64,000 nucleotides of DNA. Source: Verrucomicrobia bacterium UBA6614 (GTDB taxonomy: Bacteria > Verrucomicrobiota > Verrucomicrobiia > Limisphaerales > UBA1100). The notes under the pieces are model-generated. The model was not told the origin of the DNA. It did not search any database and saw only the letters and a program-made list of their open reading frames with translations. Position numbers and translations under genes: made by a program. Position 1 is the first letter of the stretch. Each line of letters opens with the position of its first letter. Below, in pieces: positions 40,094 to 50,276 of this stretch. The stretch covers positions 48,612 through 112,611 of the forward strand of contig DJHS01000153.1 in NCBI GenBank assembly GCA_002433235.1. The letters run 5' to 3'.

Positions 40094-41776
40094 ATGGAAA
40101 ACCTTCTCGCTGCCGCTAACCAACCCGTTGACTACACCCCCTTCTGGATTCTCGCCGCCGGCGTGGTGTTTGTCATTGTCAGCATCGTCAAATTTCGCCT
40201 GCACCCATTCCTAGGACTGACACTGGGTGCCGTTCTGGTGGGCGTGCTCACGCCGCAACTGCCGGACAGCTACAACGACAAACAGACGAAGCTCTTGGAG
40301 AAGTTGAAGAAGCAGTACGACACAACCGGGGACGATGGAGAGCCTGACGGGTATTTCAATACCGCGGAGCAAAAGGAGATGAAGGAAGCGGATCGCCAGG
40401 AGATGACCAAAAACCATCTTCGCCCCGATGGCAGCGTGAACCACTGGGGCAAGGCGGTTTCGTTGTCCATGGCTGGTTTTGGCAAACTGGTTGGGGGCAT
40501 TGGTTTCGTTATCGCAATGGCGGCGATCATTGGTATGTGCATGATGGAAAGTGGCGCCGCGGACCAGATTGTGCGGCGCTTGATGAACTCATTGGGGGAA
40601 GACCGCGCGGCGTGGGCGATGTTGATTAGCGGGTTCATATTATCAATACCAGTGTTTTTCGATACAGTTTTTTTCCTCATTATCCCGCTGGCACGGGCGC
40701 TGGCATTGCGAACGGGCAAAAACTACACGCTTTATGTGTGCGTAGTAGCCGGCGCGGGGGCCATCACTCACACGATCGTACCGCCCACGCCGGGACCGTT
40801 GATGATCGCGGAAAACCTTCAACAATCCGCGGGGGCCGCCATCATCGCGGGCTTGATCGCCTCCATTATCCCAGTGGCGATTGTGATGTGGTTGTCCAAA
40901 AGGTTTAATGAAAAGCTCAACATCCCCCTGCGCGAAACGCGCGGATCCACCCTGAAGGAACTGGGCGGCATCGTGAAAAAGAAGGCGAATGAGTTGCCGG
41001 GTTTTGGGATCTCTCTGTTGCCGGTGGTGTTGCCGGTAGTGCTGATCGCCATGGTCACGTTTGTGGATTTCCTGGGTGAACTGGAGGGCGTCAACCTGCA
41101 CGTGCCGGCAGGCCTAATGGGCGTGCTGGAATTTTTGGGAAACAAGAATGTCGCGATGTTCCTCGCGGCGCTGATCGCCATGTACACTCTGGCCAAGCAG
41201 CGTGGGTGGACGCTCGACAAGTTGGGTGAATCGGTGAACTCCCCGCTGGAGGTTGCGGGCGTGATCATTCTCATCACCGGCGCGGGTGGCGCCTTTGGCA
41301 GCATGATCCGTGAAACGGGCATTGGCGACACGATCAAGGCGATTGGCGTCAGCGAAGGCGGCACGGCGGGGATGCTTTTCATGGCGTGGCTGCTCACGGC
41401 CGTGATTCGCGCGGCGCAGGGCTCGGCCACAGTGTCGATGATCACCGGCTCGGGCATCATGGCGCCCATTCTCGCAACGATGGTGGACAGTGGCACGCTG
41501 GGCTGCCACCCCATTTATTTCTGCCTGGCGATTGGCTTCGGAGCATTTCCGCTTTCGTGGATGAATGATAGCGGGTTTTGGGTGGTGCAGCGCATGAGCG
41601 GGTTTACGGAGAAGGAAACGTTGAAAACGTGGACGGTGATGCTCACGGCCATTGGCGTAGCCGGCATTATTCAGGTGATGGCGGCGGCGGCGATTTTCCC
41701 CATGAAACCGGCCAAGTCCAGCGAAGCCTCTCCCGCGCCTCCCATCCAAAAGACCGCGCATCAAGATGGCCGCTGA
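40094..41776 (+). CDS. GntP-family permease (gluconate/sugar-acid:H+ symporter)
   Basis: LHPFLGL, IPVFFDTVF, VPPTPGP, AQGSATV, SWMNDSGFWVV. Confidence 0.9.
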   Translation: MENLLAAANQPVDYTPFWILAAGVVFVIVSIVKFRLHPFLGLTLGAVLVGVLTPQLPDSYNDKQTKLLEKLKKQYDTTGDDGEPDGYFNTAEQKEMKEADRQEMTKNHLRPDGSVNHWGKAVSLSMAGFGKLVGGIGFVIAMAAIIGMCMMESGAADQIVRRLMNSLGEDRAAWAMLISGFILSIPVFFDTVFFLIIPLARALALRTGKNYTLYVCVVAGAGAITHTIVPPTPGPLMIAENLQQSAGAAIIAGLIASIIPVAIVMWLSKRFNEKLNIPLRETRGSTLKELGGIVKKKANELPGFGISLLPVVLPVVLIAMVTFVDFLGELEGVNLHVPAGLMGVLEFLGNKNVAMFLAALIAMYTLAKQRGWTLDKLGESVNSPLEVAGVIILITGAGGAFGSMIRETGIGDTIKAIGVSEGGTAGMLFMAWLLTAVIRAAQGSATVSMITGSGIMAPILATMVDSGTLGCHPIYFCLAIGFGAFPLSWMNDSGFWVVQRMSGFTEKETLKTWTVMLTAIGVAGIIQVMAAAAIFPMKPAKSSEASPAPPIQKTAHQDGR

Positions 41777-44168
41777 CGACGCCTTGAACGAGGGAGACAC
41801 CCGTAACGAAGCCTCCTCAGCACCAGCCCCAGCCTTATGGGCTTTCGGAGGGGTCATTTTCACGGGCGCGTTTCTGCTATTTCAGGTTCAACCGCTAATT
41901 GGAAAGTACATTCTGCCTTGGTTCGGGGGGGGGCCGGGTATCTGGACCACCTGCCTGCTATTCTTTCAAGTCATGCTCTTTGCCGGCTACGCCTATGCCC
42001 ATTGGCTCAGCGGCCGTGCGTTGGCGCAACAGATTAAAATCCACCTCGTGCTTTTGGCCCTGGCTCTTCTCACCCTGCCCATCACACCATCCGACCAGTG
42101 GAAACCCGGCCCCGGTGAGGAACCCATGGGGCGCATTCTCCTGCTGTTGATCGCCTCGGTTGGCTTGCCCTATCTCGTGCTGGCCAGCACGGGACCGCTG
42201 GCTCAGGCATGGTTCAGTCGTGCCAATCCCGGCCGGTCGCCCTACCGGCTTTATGCCCTGTCCAATGTTGGTTCCCTGCTGGCACTGATCACCTTTCCGT
42301 TTGTGGTCGAGCCCAGTACTACGCGTACTATGCAGGTCAACGGCTGGTCACTGGCCACTGTATTTTACATCGGCCTTTTTGGCTGGGTGGCTTGGCAAAT
42401 GCGGAGCATCGATGGTGAGACATCAAATGATGCTCCACCGAAAAAGGAAGCCGTAGAACCCGCGCCATCCCTTGTCTGGAATGTTCCCCTGTGGCTGCTA
42501 CTTCCCGCCTGCGGCACGGTGTTGCTCATGTCCACCACCAACCTCATTTGCCAGGAAATTGCCGTCATCCCTTTCCTGTGGGTTGTCCCGCTGGCGCTGT
42601 ACCTCCTCACCTTCATCATTGCCTTTGATAGTCCGCGCTGGTATCTCCGGCCGCTGTTCGTGGCCGGCTTCCTTGCCTCCGCGGGCGCGAGTTGCTGGGC
42701 GCTAAACAAGGGAGTGGATCTTTCCATCCAGAAACAGCTCGGCATTTTCATCAGCACACTCTTCTTCGGCTGCATGGTTTGCCACGGGGAGTTGTTTCGG
42801 CTGCGGCCGCCCAGCCACAAACTCACCGCCTACTACCTGTGCATCTCCGGTGGCGGGGCGCTGGGCGGACTGTTTGTTTCGTTGGGTGCACCGGCTTTGT
42901 TTCAGGTGTTTTTCTGGGAATTTCATCTGGGCTTGGGCCTGTGCGGGTTGCTGGCAGGCGTTCTTTGGCTTCGATCAGTCTGGTCGGCCAGCCGAATGCA
43001 ACTCGTGGTGGTGTGTGTGCTGATGACGGCCGCCCTGCAGGCACTCACGTGGGGATTGTCGCAGCAGATGAAGCGCATACAAACGCATGTCAGCCGCACG
43101 GGAGGCAAAAGCCTTTACGCCACGCGAAATTTTTACGGCCTGCTCAAGGTCAATGAATGGCCCGCATATTATCCCGGAGGAACCAATGCCCTCACCGCCA
43201 AACGAGATCTACTGCACGGCCGCATTTCCCACGGGGGACAGTACGTGGACCCCGCATTGGCGCTCCGGCCCATCACTTATTTCGGCCCGCAATCAGGCAT
43301 TGGCCTCACGCTGACTCACGTGCGCGAGGGCGGTGCCAAGCGTGTAGGAGTGCTCGGCCTCGGCACGGGATCCGCCGCGGTGTATGCCCGGGCCGGTGAT
43401 CGGTTTCGCTTTTATGAAATCAACGCCGCCGTGGAACATGTGGCGGAAAATCATTTCACCTACCTGAGGAGCGCGCGCGACCGCGGCGCCGAGGTGGATG
43501 TCGTTCTTGGCGATGGACGGCTGATGCTTGAGATGGAGTCCAAGCCCATGAAGTTTGATGTCATCTCAATGGATGCCTTTAGCAGTGATTCCGTGCCGGT
43601 ACATCTGCTCACCAACGAAGCCTTTGAGATTTACGAGAAACACCTTTCGCCCGGCGGCGTCATCGTCATCAACATCACCAACCGTTATCTGGACCTTGCC
43701 CCCGTCATGTGGGCTGTTTCCGGCCATAGAAATCTGCACCTGCGCATCATTCACCACTGGCCCAACTCCCAGTTGGAACCCTGGTTCAACCCCACCACCT
43801 ATGTGCTTCTTTCGCCGCGCGAGGATTTCTTTGAGCAACACACCATGAAAAAGGCCTCCCTTGCCAGTCACGAAACCTTTGCGAAGCAGTTGAGGAAGTG
43901 GTTGAAAAACGCCGGCATGGGTTCCGGCACCGACGGACAATTGACCCTCGACGCCGCGCTGCAGCGGCTGCTTGAAACAACCGCCACCAAAAATCCTGGC
44001 GAAGAAGTGATGATCCAACATGCCCGGCAAATTGCCGGCACGCTGTTCATTCAAAACAAGTATTACGCCAACTACACGTTGGACAGCTTCCTTGACCTGC
44101 CCATTGACAAAAAGACCGTACCGGTCTGGACCGACGACTACAGTAGCCTGTTCAGCATCCTCAAGTAG
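41766..44168 (+). CDS. Fused MFS-like membrane domain / spermidine synthase-like methyltransferase
   Basis: FQVQPLIGKYILPWFGG, LYALSNVGS, CHGEL, LGLGTG, YEIN, GDGR, DAFSSD.VP.HLLT, WTDDYS. Confidence 0.88.
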   Translation: MAADDALNEGDTRNEASSAPAPALWAFGGVIFTGAFLLFQVQPLIGKYILPWFGGGPGIWTTCLLFFQVMLFAGYAYAHWLSGRALAQQIKIHLVLLALALLTLPITPSDQWKPGPGEEPMGRILLLLIASVGLPYLVLASTGPLAQAWFSRANPGRSPYRLYALSNVGSLLALITFPFVVEPSTTRTMQVNGWSLATVFYIGLFGWVAWQMRSIDGETSNDAPPKKEAVEPAPSLVWNVPLWLLLPACGTVLLMSTTNLICQEIAVIPFLWVVPLALYLLTFIIAFDSPRWYLRPLFVAGFLASAGASCWALNKGVDLSIQKQLGIFISTLFFGCMVCHGELFRLRPPSHKLTAYYLCISGGGALGGLFVSLGAPALFQVFFWEFHLGLGLCGLLAGVLWLRSVWSASRMQLVVVCVLMTAALQALTWGLSQQMKRIQTHVSRTGGKSLYATRNFYGLLKVNEWPAYYPGGTNALTAKRDLLHGRISHGGQYVDPALALRPITYFGPQSGIGLTLTHVREGGAKRVGVLGLGTGSAAVYARAGDRFRFYEINAAVEHVAENHFTYLRSARDRGAEVDVVLGDGRLMLEMESKPMKFDVISMDAFSSDSVPVHLLTNEAFEIYEKHLSPGGVIVINITNRYLDLAPVMWAVSGHRNLHLRIIHHWPNSQLEPWFNPTTYVLLSPREDFFEQHTMKKASLASHETFAKQLRKWLKNAGMGSGTDGQLTLDAALQRLLETTATKNPGEEVMIQHARQIAGTLFIQNKYYANYTLDSFLDLPIDKKTVPVWTDDYSSLFSILK

Positions 44169-44934
44169 CCTCCCAGCGGCGGCCCAGAATGATCTCCGTC
44201 CCGTCCGGCCACTGCTCTTCCGGCTCAAAGCCAGCAATCTCAAGCGCCCGCGACAAATCGTAACGCGCCGTGTCCACTGGCCGGCTGGTGGCGTAAAGCA
44301 CAACGTACTTCAAGTCAGCATCCGCCTCCACACATCCCGCGAAAAAACGTCCCGCATCACCCGGACTCAGGTACACATCCCGGTAGATTGACTCCGCCGC
44401 AATCTCCTCCACCTGTCCTTCATCCCGTGGACACCATCCCAGCCGCGTCACAATCACGCTCATTCCATGCTTCTCCGCGTGACTGCACCCCACGGCTTCC
44501 ATGAACATTTTCGTCGCCGCATACCAGCTCTTCGGCGAGACCGGCGTCGATTCATTCAGCGGCCAAGGCCCCTCCTCGACCCGGTACCAGTTCACTTGTC
44601 CGCTACTGGCCAGAATCACCCGCCGCACACCCGCCGTACGCGCCGCTTCCATTACGTGGAACAAGCCGGTGATGTTGGGTGGGAACAAATTCCGCACTGG
44701 ATCCTCCACATCATCCGGGGTGGCCGCCAGGTGCACCAGTACCTCAACATCCTCCATCGCCTCCGCCAGTGCAGCAGTGTCCTCCAGATCCGCCACCCAT
44801 GCCTGTTCCAGATTGGGCGATGGGTCCCGGTCAAAGCCCCGCACAAGGTGCCCCCGCTTTAACAGTTCCAGCACCACTGCCTGTCCTACCCGCCCCGCCG
44901 AGCCCGTTACCAAGACACTTTTCACCGCGTTCAC
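44161..44934 (-). CDS. NAD-dependent epimerase/dehydrogenase (uronate dehydrogenase-like)
   Basis: VTGSAGRVG, HLAA, YAATK; start uncertain (GTG 44934/44925 or further upstream). Confidence 0.82.
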   Translation of the reverse strand: MNAVKSVLVTGSAGRVGQAVVLELLKRGHLVRGFDRDPSPNLEQAWVADLEDTAALAEAMEDVEVLVHLAATPDDVEDPVRNLFPPNITGLFHVMEAARTAGVRRVILASSGQVNWYRVEEGPWPLNESTPVSPKSWYAATKMFMEAVGCSHAEKHGMSVIVTRLGWCPRDEGQVEEIAAESIYRDVYLSPGDAGRFFAGCVEADADLKYVVLYATSRPVDTARYDLSRALEIAGFEPEEQWPDGTEIILGRRWEAT

Positions 44935-44996
44935 GAGCGGAGTGTTCCATATCAATCCCGCGTTGCCAACCGCCGCCATCATGCCACACTGGTCTC

Positions 44997-45917
44997 ATGC
45001 AACGCATTCTTCTCGTTTTTGCCATCCTCTGTGCCAACGCTTCTTTCACTGCCCAAAATCGAAAGCCTTGGCCCGCCCAAATTGAAGGTGCGGAGAAGGT
45101 CATCTACAAAACCATCAGCGACCTAAAGTTGCATCTTCACATTTTTCGGCCAGTGAAACAAAAAGCCAATGCGCCCGCGGTCGTGTTTTTTTTCGGCGGC
45201 GGCTGGAGGGGAGGCACCCCCAAACAATTCGAGCAGCAATGCCGCTATCTCGCCAGCCGCGGCATGGTGGCCATGACCGCCGAGTACCGCATCCGCAACC
45301 TGCACGGCACACTGGCCACCGCCTGCGTAGAGGACGGCAAGAGTGCCATCCGTTGGATCCGCTCCAACGCCAAGATGCTCGGTGTAGACCCCAACCGGAT
45401 TGCCGCCGGCGGCGGCTCCGCAGGTGGGCATGTGGCAGCCTGCACGGGTGTGATTGCCGGGTTTGAAGCGAAGGGTGAAAACCCAAAAATTAGTTCCGTC
45501 CCCAATGCCCTTCTCCTCTTCAATCCGCCCTGTGTCTTGGCACCTCTTCCCGAGCGGAAAGATTTCCTGAATCCGGAAAACATCGCCGGCCTGCGCGAGC
45601 GCATGGGCGTGCCACCGGCGGCGTTGTCACCGTGGCACCACGTAAAAAAGGGGCAGCCGCCCACACTTGTACTGCACGGTGAAAATGATCCAACCGTGAA
45701 ATTCTGGACCGCCAAGGTTTTTGTCGAAAAAATGAAAGCTGCGGGCAACCCCGCCGAGCTGGCGGCTTACCCGGGTGAAGCCCACGGTTTTTTCAATTAC
45801 GGCCGCGGCGGAAACAGAATGTTCACGGCCACCATGAAACGTACGGATGAATTCCTTGCCAAGCTCGGCTGGCTTCGCGGCAAGCCGGGGATTGTCCAGT
45901 TTTTAAGGAACAACTAG
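44997..45917 (+). CDS. Secreted alpha/beta hydrolase (BD-FAE/esterase-like)
   Basis: FFGGGW, GGGSAGGH, LHGEND, HGFFN. Confidence 0.88.
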   Translation: MQRILLVFAILCANASFTAQNRKPWPAQIEGAEKVIYKTISDLKLHLHIFRPVKQKANAPAVVFFFGGGWRGGTPKQFEQQCRYLASRGMVAMTAEYRIRNLHGTLATACVEDGKSAIRWIRSNAKMLGVDPNRIAAGGGSAGGHVAACTGVIAGFEAKGENPKISSVPNALLLFNPPCVLAPLPERKDFLNPENIAGLRERMGVPPAALSPWHHVKKGQPPTLVLHGENDPTVKFWTAKVFVEKMKAAGNPAELAAYPGEAHGFFNYGRGGNRMFTATMKRTDEFLAKLGWLRGKPGIVQFLRNN

Positions 45918-45980
45918 CCTGTGCGCCAAGCCAGCAACGCGGGGTTGCCAATCGCAGGGGGCCGCACTACCATCGTGCGC

Positions 45981-47123
45981 ATGAAGCACCGATGGCTGGC
46001 CCTTGGGGCCACTCTCTCGCTGGGCGTCGCGGGCTGGACCGCGCCGATTTCCGACTCCATCAAGACCCTTCGCGCCGTCGGCACCGAGGGACAAGGCAAT
46101 GCCGCCGCCGCCAAGGCGTTAAGGCAACTCGCAAAAGCTGATGCCGCTGCGCTGCCAGAAATCCTCACCGCCATGAACGGCGCCAACCCGCTGGCCGCCA
46201 ACTGGCTTCGCTCCGCCGTGGACACCATTGCCGCCCGCGAGGACAAGCTGCCCGTTGCCGCCCTCAAGAAATTTCTCGCTGACCAAAAGCAAAACCCGCG
46301 TGCACGGCGGCTGGCTTTTGAGCTGATCCAGCGCGCCGAGCCGGACACCGCGGCCAAACTCATTCCCACGATGCTCAATGATCCCAGCGTTGAATTGCGC
46401 CGCGACGCCGTACAGCGCCTCATCATTGCCGCCACCGCACAGCAGGAAAAAAAGCAGGAAGGCCTCGCCCTTGCCACCTTCCGCAAGGCCCTTGACGCCG
46501 CCCGCGACCTTGACCAAATCAAGACCATCACCACACACCTTCGCCAACTCAAGGCCAAGGTCGATCTCCCGCGTCATTTCGGATTCCTCATGCACTGGCA
46601 TGTCATTGGCCCCTTCGACAACTCCGACCGCAAAGGATTCGACATAGTTTTTCCCCCGGAGAAGGGCGTGAAGCTCAATGCCACCCACCCCGGCAAGGAC
46701 GGAAAGGTAAAGTGGAGTCCGTTCATCACCGCCGATGAATACGGCAAGGTGGATATCAACCTCGCTTATCCCGGCCTCATCAAGGAGGTGACCGCCTATG
46801 CTTACACTACCTACAACTCCCCCGAGGCTCGCGCCGTGCAACTCCGGCTTGCGTGCAAAAATGCCTGGAAGATTTGGGTCAACGGCAAGCTCGTTTTCGG
46901 CCGCGATGAATACCATCGCGGCACCCGCATCGATCATTACCAGCTCGACGCCCAGATGAAAAAAGGCCCCAACACCATTCTCATTAAGCTGTGCCAAAAT
47001 GAGCAGACCCAGTCCTGGACCAAGCAGTGGGAATTCCAGCTTCGCGTATGCGACGCCACCGGCACCGCCCTGCTAGCCAGCAACCGTCTCCCCACCCCTA
47101 AGGAAGGAAAAACCGGCAATTGA
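45981..47123 (+). CDS. Exported protein: HEAT-like helical domain plus jelly-roll (WxVIGPF) domain
   Basis: Signal peptide, LAANWLRSA, DPSVELRRDAV, WHVIGPFDN, KIWVNGK, KGPNTILIK. Confidence 0.7.
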   Translation: MKHRWLALGATLSLGVAGWTAPISDSIKTLRAVGTEGQGNAAAAKALRQLAKADAAALPEILTAMNGANPLAANWLRSAVDTIAAREDKLPVAALKKFLADQKQNPRARRLAFELIQRAEPDTAAKLIPTMLNDPSVELRRDAVQRLIIAATAQQEKKQEGLALATFRKALDAARDLDQIKTITTHLRQLKAKVDLPRHFGFLMHWHVIGPFDNSDRKGFDIVFPPEKGVKLNATHPGKDGKVKWSPFITADEYGKVDINLAYPGLIKEVTAYAYTTYNSPEARAVQLRLACKNAWKIWVNGKLVFGRDEYHRGTRIDHYQLDAQMKKGPNTILIKLCQNEQTQSWTKQWEFQLRVCDATGTALLASNRLPTPKEGKTGN

Positions 47124-47158
47124 TCACGCCCCCTCCAGCCAGACTGAGATCTTTTAAA

Positions 47159-48355
47159 ATGAAAACCATCATCGCACTTTTCATCGCCATGACAATCGCC
47201 GTGGAGGCGGGAGACTGGCGGCAATTCCGCGGCCCCAACGGCAACGGCATCGCGCCGGACGAGGCCCTGCCCACATCCCTGACCAAGGATAACTTGAAGT
47301 GGTCCACCAGCCTGCCCGGACGTGGCTTGTCGGGGGTGATTGTGGTTGGCGAGCGGGTTATTATCACCTGCAGCAGCGGTCCCCGGCAGGATCGTTTGCA
47401 CATTGTCTGTCTCAATGCAAAGGATGGAGCTATCCGTTGGCACCGACAGTTCTGGGCCACGGGCCGCACCATGTGCCACAGCAAGACCAGTGTGGCCGCC
47501 CCAACCCCCTGCACCGACGGGGAATATATCTACGCCAACTTTTCCTCCAATGACTTGGTTTGCCTCGATCTCAACGGCAACCTGCAATGGCTGCGCGGGC
47601 TGACCCATGATTATGCCAACGTAAGCAACAGCCTCGGCATGGCCTCCTCGCTGCTGGTGGCGGGCAACGTGCTGGTGGTTCCCGTGGAGAATGACAGCGA
47701 GTCATACACCATCGGCATCAACAAAACATCCGGAGCAAACCTCTGGCGCCTGAGCCGTCCAAAGGCTGCGAACTGGACCACCCCCACACTGCTGGAAGGC
47801 GCCTTCAAGGGGCGCGACCTCGTGGCGCTGCAATCCAGCAAGGGCGTCTCCGCCGTGGACCTGAAGACCGGCGACGCCGTCTGGAACTTTGGCAACGGCG
47901 CCTCCACCACCTCGTCCACCTGCGTTCTCGATGGCGTTCTTTACGTGCCCTCCAATGGAATCACCGCAATCCAGCCACGCTCGGATGGCAAGGAACCGGA
48001 TGAGCTTTGGCAAAGTGGCCGCCTGCAGCCCTCCACGGCCAGCCCAATCGCGCTGGGAGACCATGTCTACACGGTGAACCGAGCCGGCGTACTGACAGCC
48101 GGCAACTTGAAAACCGGCGAACGCGAGTGGCAAAAGCGCCTCAAGGGGCCATTCAGTTCCACCCCCGTGGCCGCGGGCAGTCATCTTTATTTCTTCAACG
48201 AAACCGGCTTGATGCAAGTGGTGGACACGGCGAAGGGCGAGGATGGCGAGATCCGTACGCTGAATCTCGACGATCAGATCCTAGCCACCCCGGCCGTGGC
48301 CAACGGAGCCATCTACGTCCGCAGCAACTCGAAGATATACAAGGTTGCCAAGTAG
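47159..48355 (+). CDS. PQQ-binding-like beta-propeller protein (BamB-like)
   Basis: DWRQFRGPNG, repeated DxxxGxxxW motifs, ATPAVANG.IYVR. Confidence 0.88.
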   Translation: MKTIIALFIAMTIAVEAGDWRQFRGPNGNGIAPDEALPTSLTKDNLKWSTSLPGRGLSGVIVVGERVIITCSSGPRQDRLHIVCLNAKDGAIRWHRQFWATGRTMCHSKTSVAAPTPCTDGEYIYANFSSNDLVCLDLNGNLQWLRGLTHDYANVSNSLGMASSLLVAGNVLVVPVENDSESYTIGINKTSGANLWRLSRPKAANWTTPTLLEGAFKGRDLVALQSSKGVSAVDLKTGDAVWNFGNGASTTSSTCVLDGVLYVPSNGITAIQPRSDGKEPDELWQSGRLQPSTASPIALGDHVYTVNRAGVLTAGNLKTGEREWQKRLKGPFSSTPVAAGSHLYFFNETGLMQVVDTAKGEDGEIRTLNLDDQILATPAVANGAIYVRSNSKIYKVAK

Positions 48356-48358
48356 CCC

Positions 48359-50158
48359 CTAATCCTCCGGCAGGCTCAGTTCCTCCTTCTGGAACAGGCT
48401 TTGGTAGAGGCGCGGGATGATGAACTTGAGTACGGATGCCGCGGGCACGGCAAAAATGACTCCGGCCAATCCCGCGAACAGGCCGCCCAGGAGGACGACA
48501 ATCATCGTCTCCAGCACGTTCAAGCCCAGCGCCTCCCCCACCAGCGCAGGATACAGGAAAAGCTGTTCCACAATCATATTCATCACCACATAAACCACAC
48601 CGAGGGTAATGAGCATCGTTAGGTCGGCATGACCGGTCACAAGGCAGGTGCCAATCGTCAACACTGCGCTGACCAGCGGCCCCAGAAACGGCAGCAAAAC
48701 CGTGAGCCCGGCAATCATCCCAAGGGGCACGGCATAGGGAACGCCCAGCAGGAGAAAGAGAGACACGTAAATCACCGTCTCGATGATGATGATCCAAAGG
48801 TAACCGCGCACCCACGTCTTCAACTTGTAAAACACTTCGTTGATGATCTCGGCGGCGCTGCTCAAGGTCTCCTCGCTTGTGGTCGGCAACCACGAAGTCT
48901 GGAACAAGCTCTGTACTAGGTAATCTCCCTCGCCCTTGGCCTCACTGTGGCCATGATGGAACTGCGCCATCTTCTTCAGGAAAAATGAGAAAAAGAAAAT
49001 CGCCAACAACGCGTTTAGGAAAAAATTGCCCAGGAAACCCGCGGCATTCGCCAGCGTGGTGAGCGTCTTGAGTCGGTCCGGCTCATTCTGCACAGCCGCC
49101 TCCGGACTTCCGGTTACCCATTCCCGCAGCTTGTCCATTGCCTCGGGATCGCGGAGCAGGGTCTCCAGTTCCCCTGCCGCCGGACCCACCACCTTCCACT
49201 CCTTCGCCTTGGCGGCATAGTCAGCGGCCTTCCGCTGCAGTTCGTCGGTCTTTGGCAATTCGGGCGGCTGATAAGTGATCGTGAAGAAAATCAACCCGAT
49301 CACGGCCAGCACAATCGCGCCCATCACACCCATCACCGTGGCGTTGCAGGACTGCGCCAAGGCAGCCTGCTCACGCGCGCTTTCATCCAATTCCTTCTTT
49401 GGTTCCTCCTTGGCACGACCCCGGAAAATCCCCTGCACACCGCCTATGACCCAGCCGATGGGCCGGAAGCAAAGCAGGACACCCCGGTAAACCTGGGCCG
49501 CCCAGCCGTTTTCCAAAAAGCTGTCAGCCAGCCTCCGTTGCAGCGGCAGAAAGAAATAGGCCAGCATTAGCCCGAATAAGACCGCCTTCAAAAAGGTGGC
49601 CGTGACAATGAAGAGCGCCAGCACCACCACGGCCGCCAGCAGCCCCGTGCCACTACGAACCAGGCGCATGCGGGCATTATGCTGTTCCAACGCAGAAGAC
49701 TGCAGGCGAGCAAAAGCCTCCTCACTGACATCCAATTCCGCGGCAATCCTACCCATGCAGTTGCGCTCGGCCTCATCGTAGTGGTTGTCGGCGTAGGCGG
49801 CGATGAACAGGCTCTCAAGCAACGTTTCGCGATCCTCGACTGGCATGTCCCGCAGCTCATCACAGGTGGCCTTGATATCCGGCAACGTGTCAGCCGCGGC
49901 GCGTTCCTGTAGTTGCTTCACCGCAGCCTCGCCATGCTCCTCCCGCAAGGCACGGATAACCACCTGCAACTCAGCCTCGGAAACATCACCGTCGGCCTTC
50001 AGGACCAACACAAACAGGTTGATGAACGAGGACAACAACGCCTCGCGGTCATGCCCCTCGGCGTTGTGTTCCAGCACCTCCTCGGCGGCGGCCATGGCGC
50101 GGACAATGGGGTTAAGCAACTGGCCGCGGGCACGCTGGAACAGGGAGTCGTCTTTCAT
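48359..50158 (-). CDS. TerB-like domain fused to AI-2E (PerM) family transporter
   Basis: KADGDVSEAE and YADNHYDEAE TerB motifs, then TM bundle with LPFLGP, EQLFLYPALVG, GVIFAVP. Confidence 0.8.
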   Translation of the reverse strand: MKDDSLFQRARGQLLNPIVRAMAAAEEVLEHNAEGHDREALLSSFINLFVLVLKADGDVSEAELQVVIRALREEHGEAAVKQLQERAAADTLPDIKATCDELRDMPVEDRETLLESLFIAAYADNHYDEAERNCMGRIAAELDVSEEAFARLQSSALEQHNARMRLVRSGTGLLAAVVVLALFIVTATFLKAVLFGLMLAYFFLPLQRRLADSFLENGWAAQVYRGVLLCFRPIGWVIGGVQGIFRGRAKEEPKKELDESAREQAALAQSCNATVMGVMGAIVLAVIGLIFFTITYQPPELPKTDELQRKAADYAAKAKEWKVVGPAAGELETLLRDPEAMDKLREWVTGSPEAAVQNEPDRLKTLTTLANAAGFLGNFFLNALLAIFFFSFFLKKMAQFHHGHSEAKGEGDYLVQSLFQTSWLPTTSEETLSSAAEIINEVFYKLKTWVRGYLWIIIIETVIYVSLFLLLGVPYAVPLGMIAGLTVLLPFLGPLVSAVLTIGTCLVTGHADLTMLITLGVVYVVMNMIVEQLFLYPALVGEALGLNVLETMIVVLLGGLFAGLAGVIFAVPAASVLKFIIPRLYQSLFQKEELSLPED

Positions 50159-50276
50159 GGCTTGATAAATTGGCCGGAGAATTGTCGGCCATGGGAACAC
50201 CCGGACGCGTCTGGGGCAAGGTAAATCAGTCCGGGGAAAGCCGCGCCTTGGCGCGAAGCGCGGGTTGTGATAGGGT

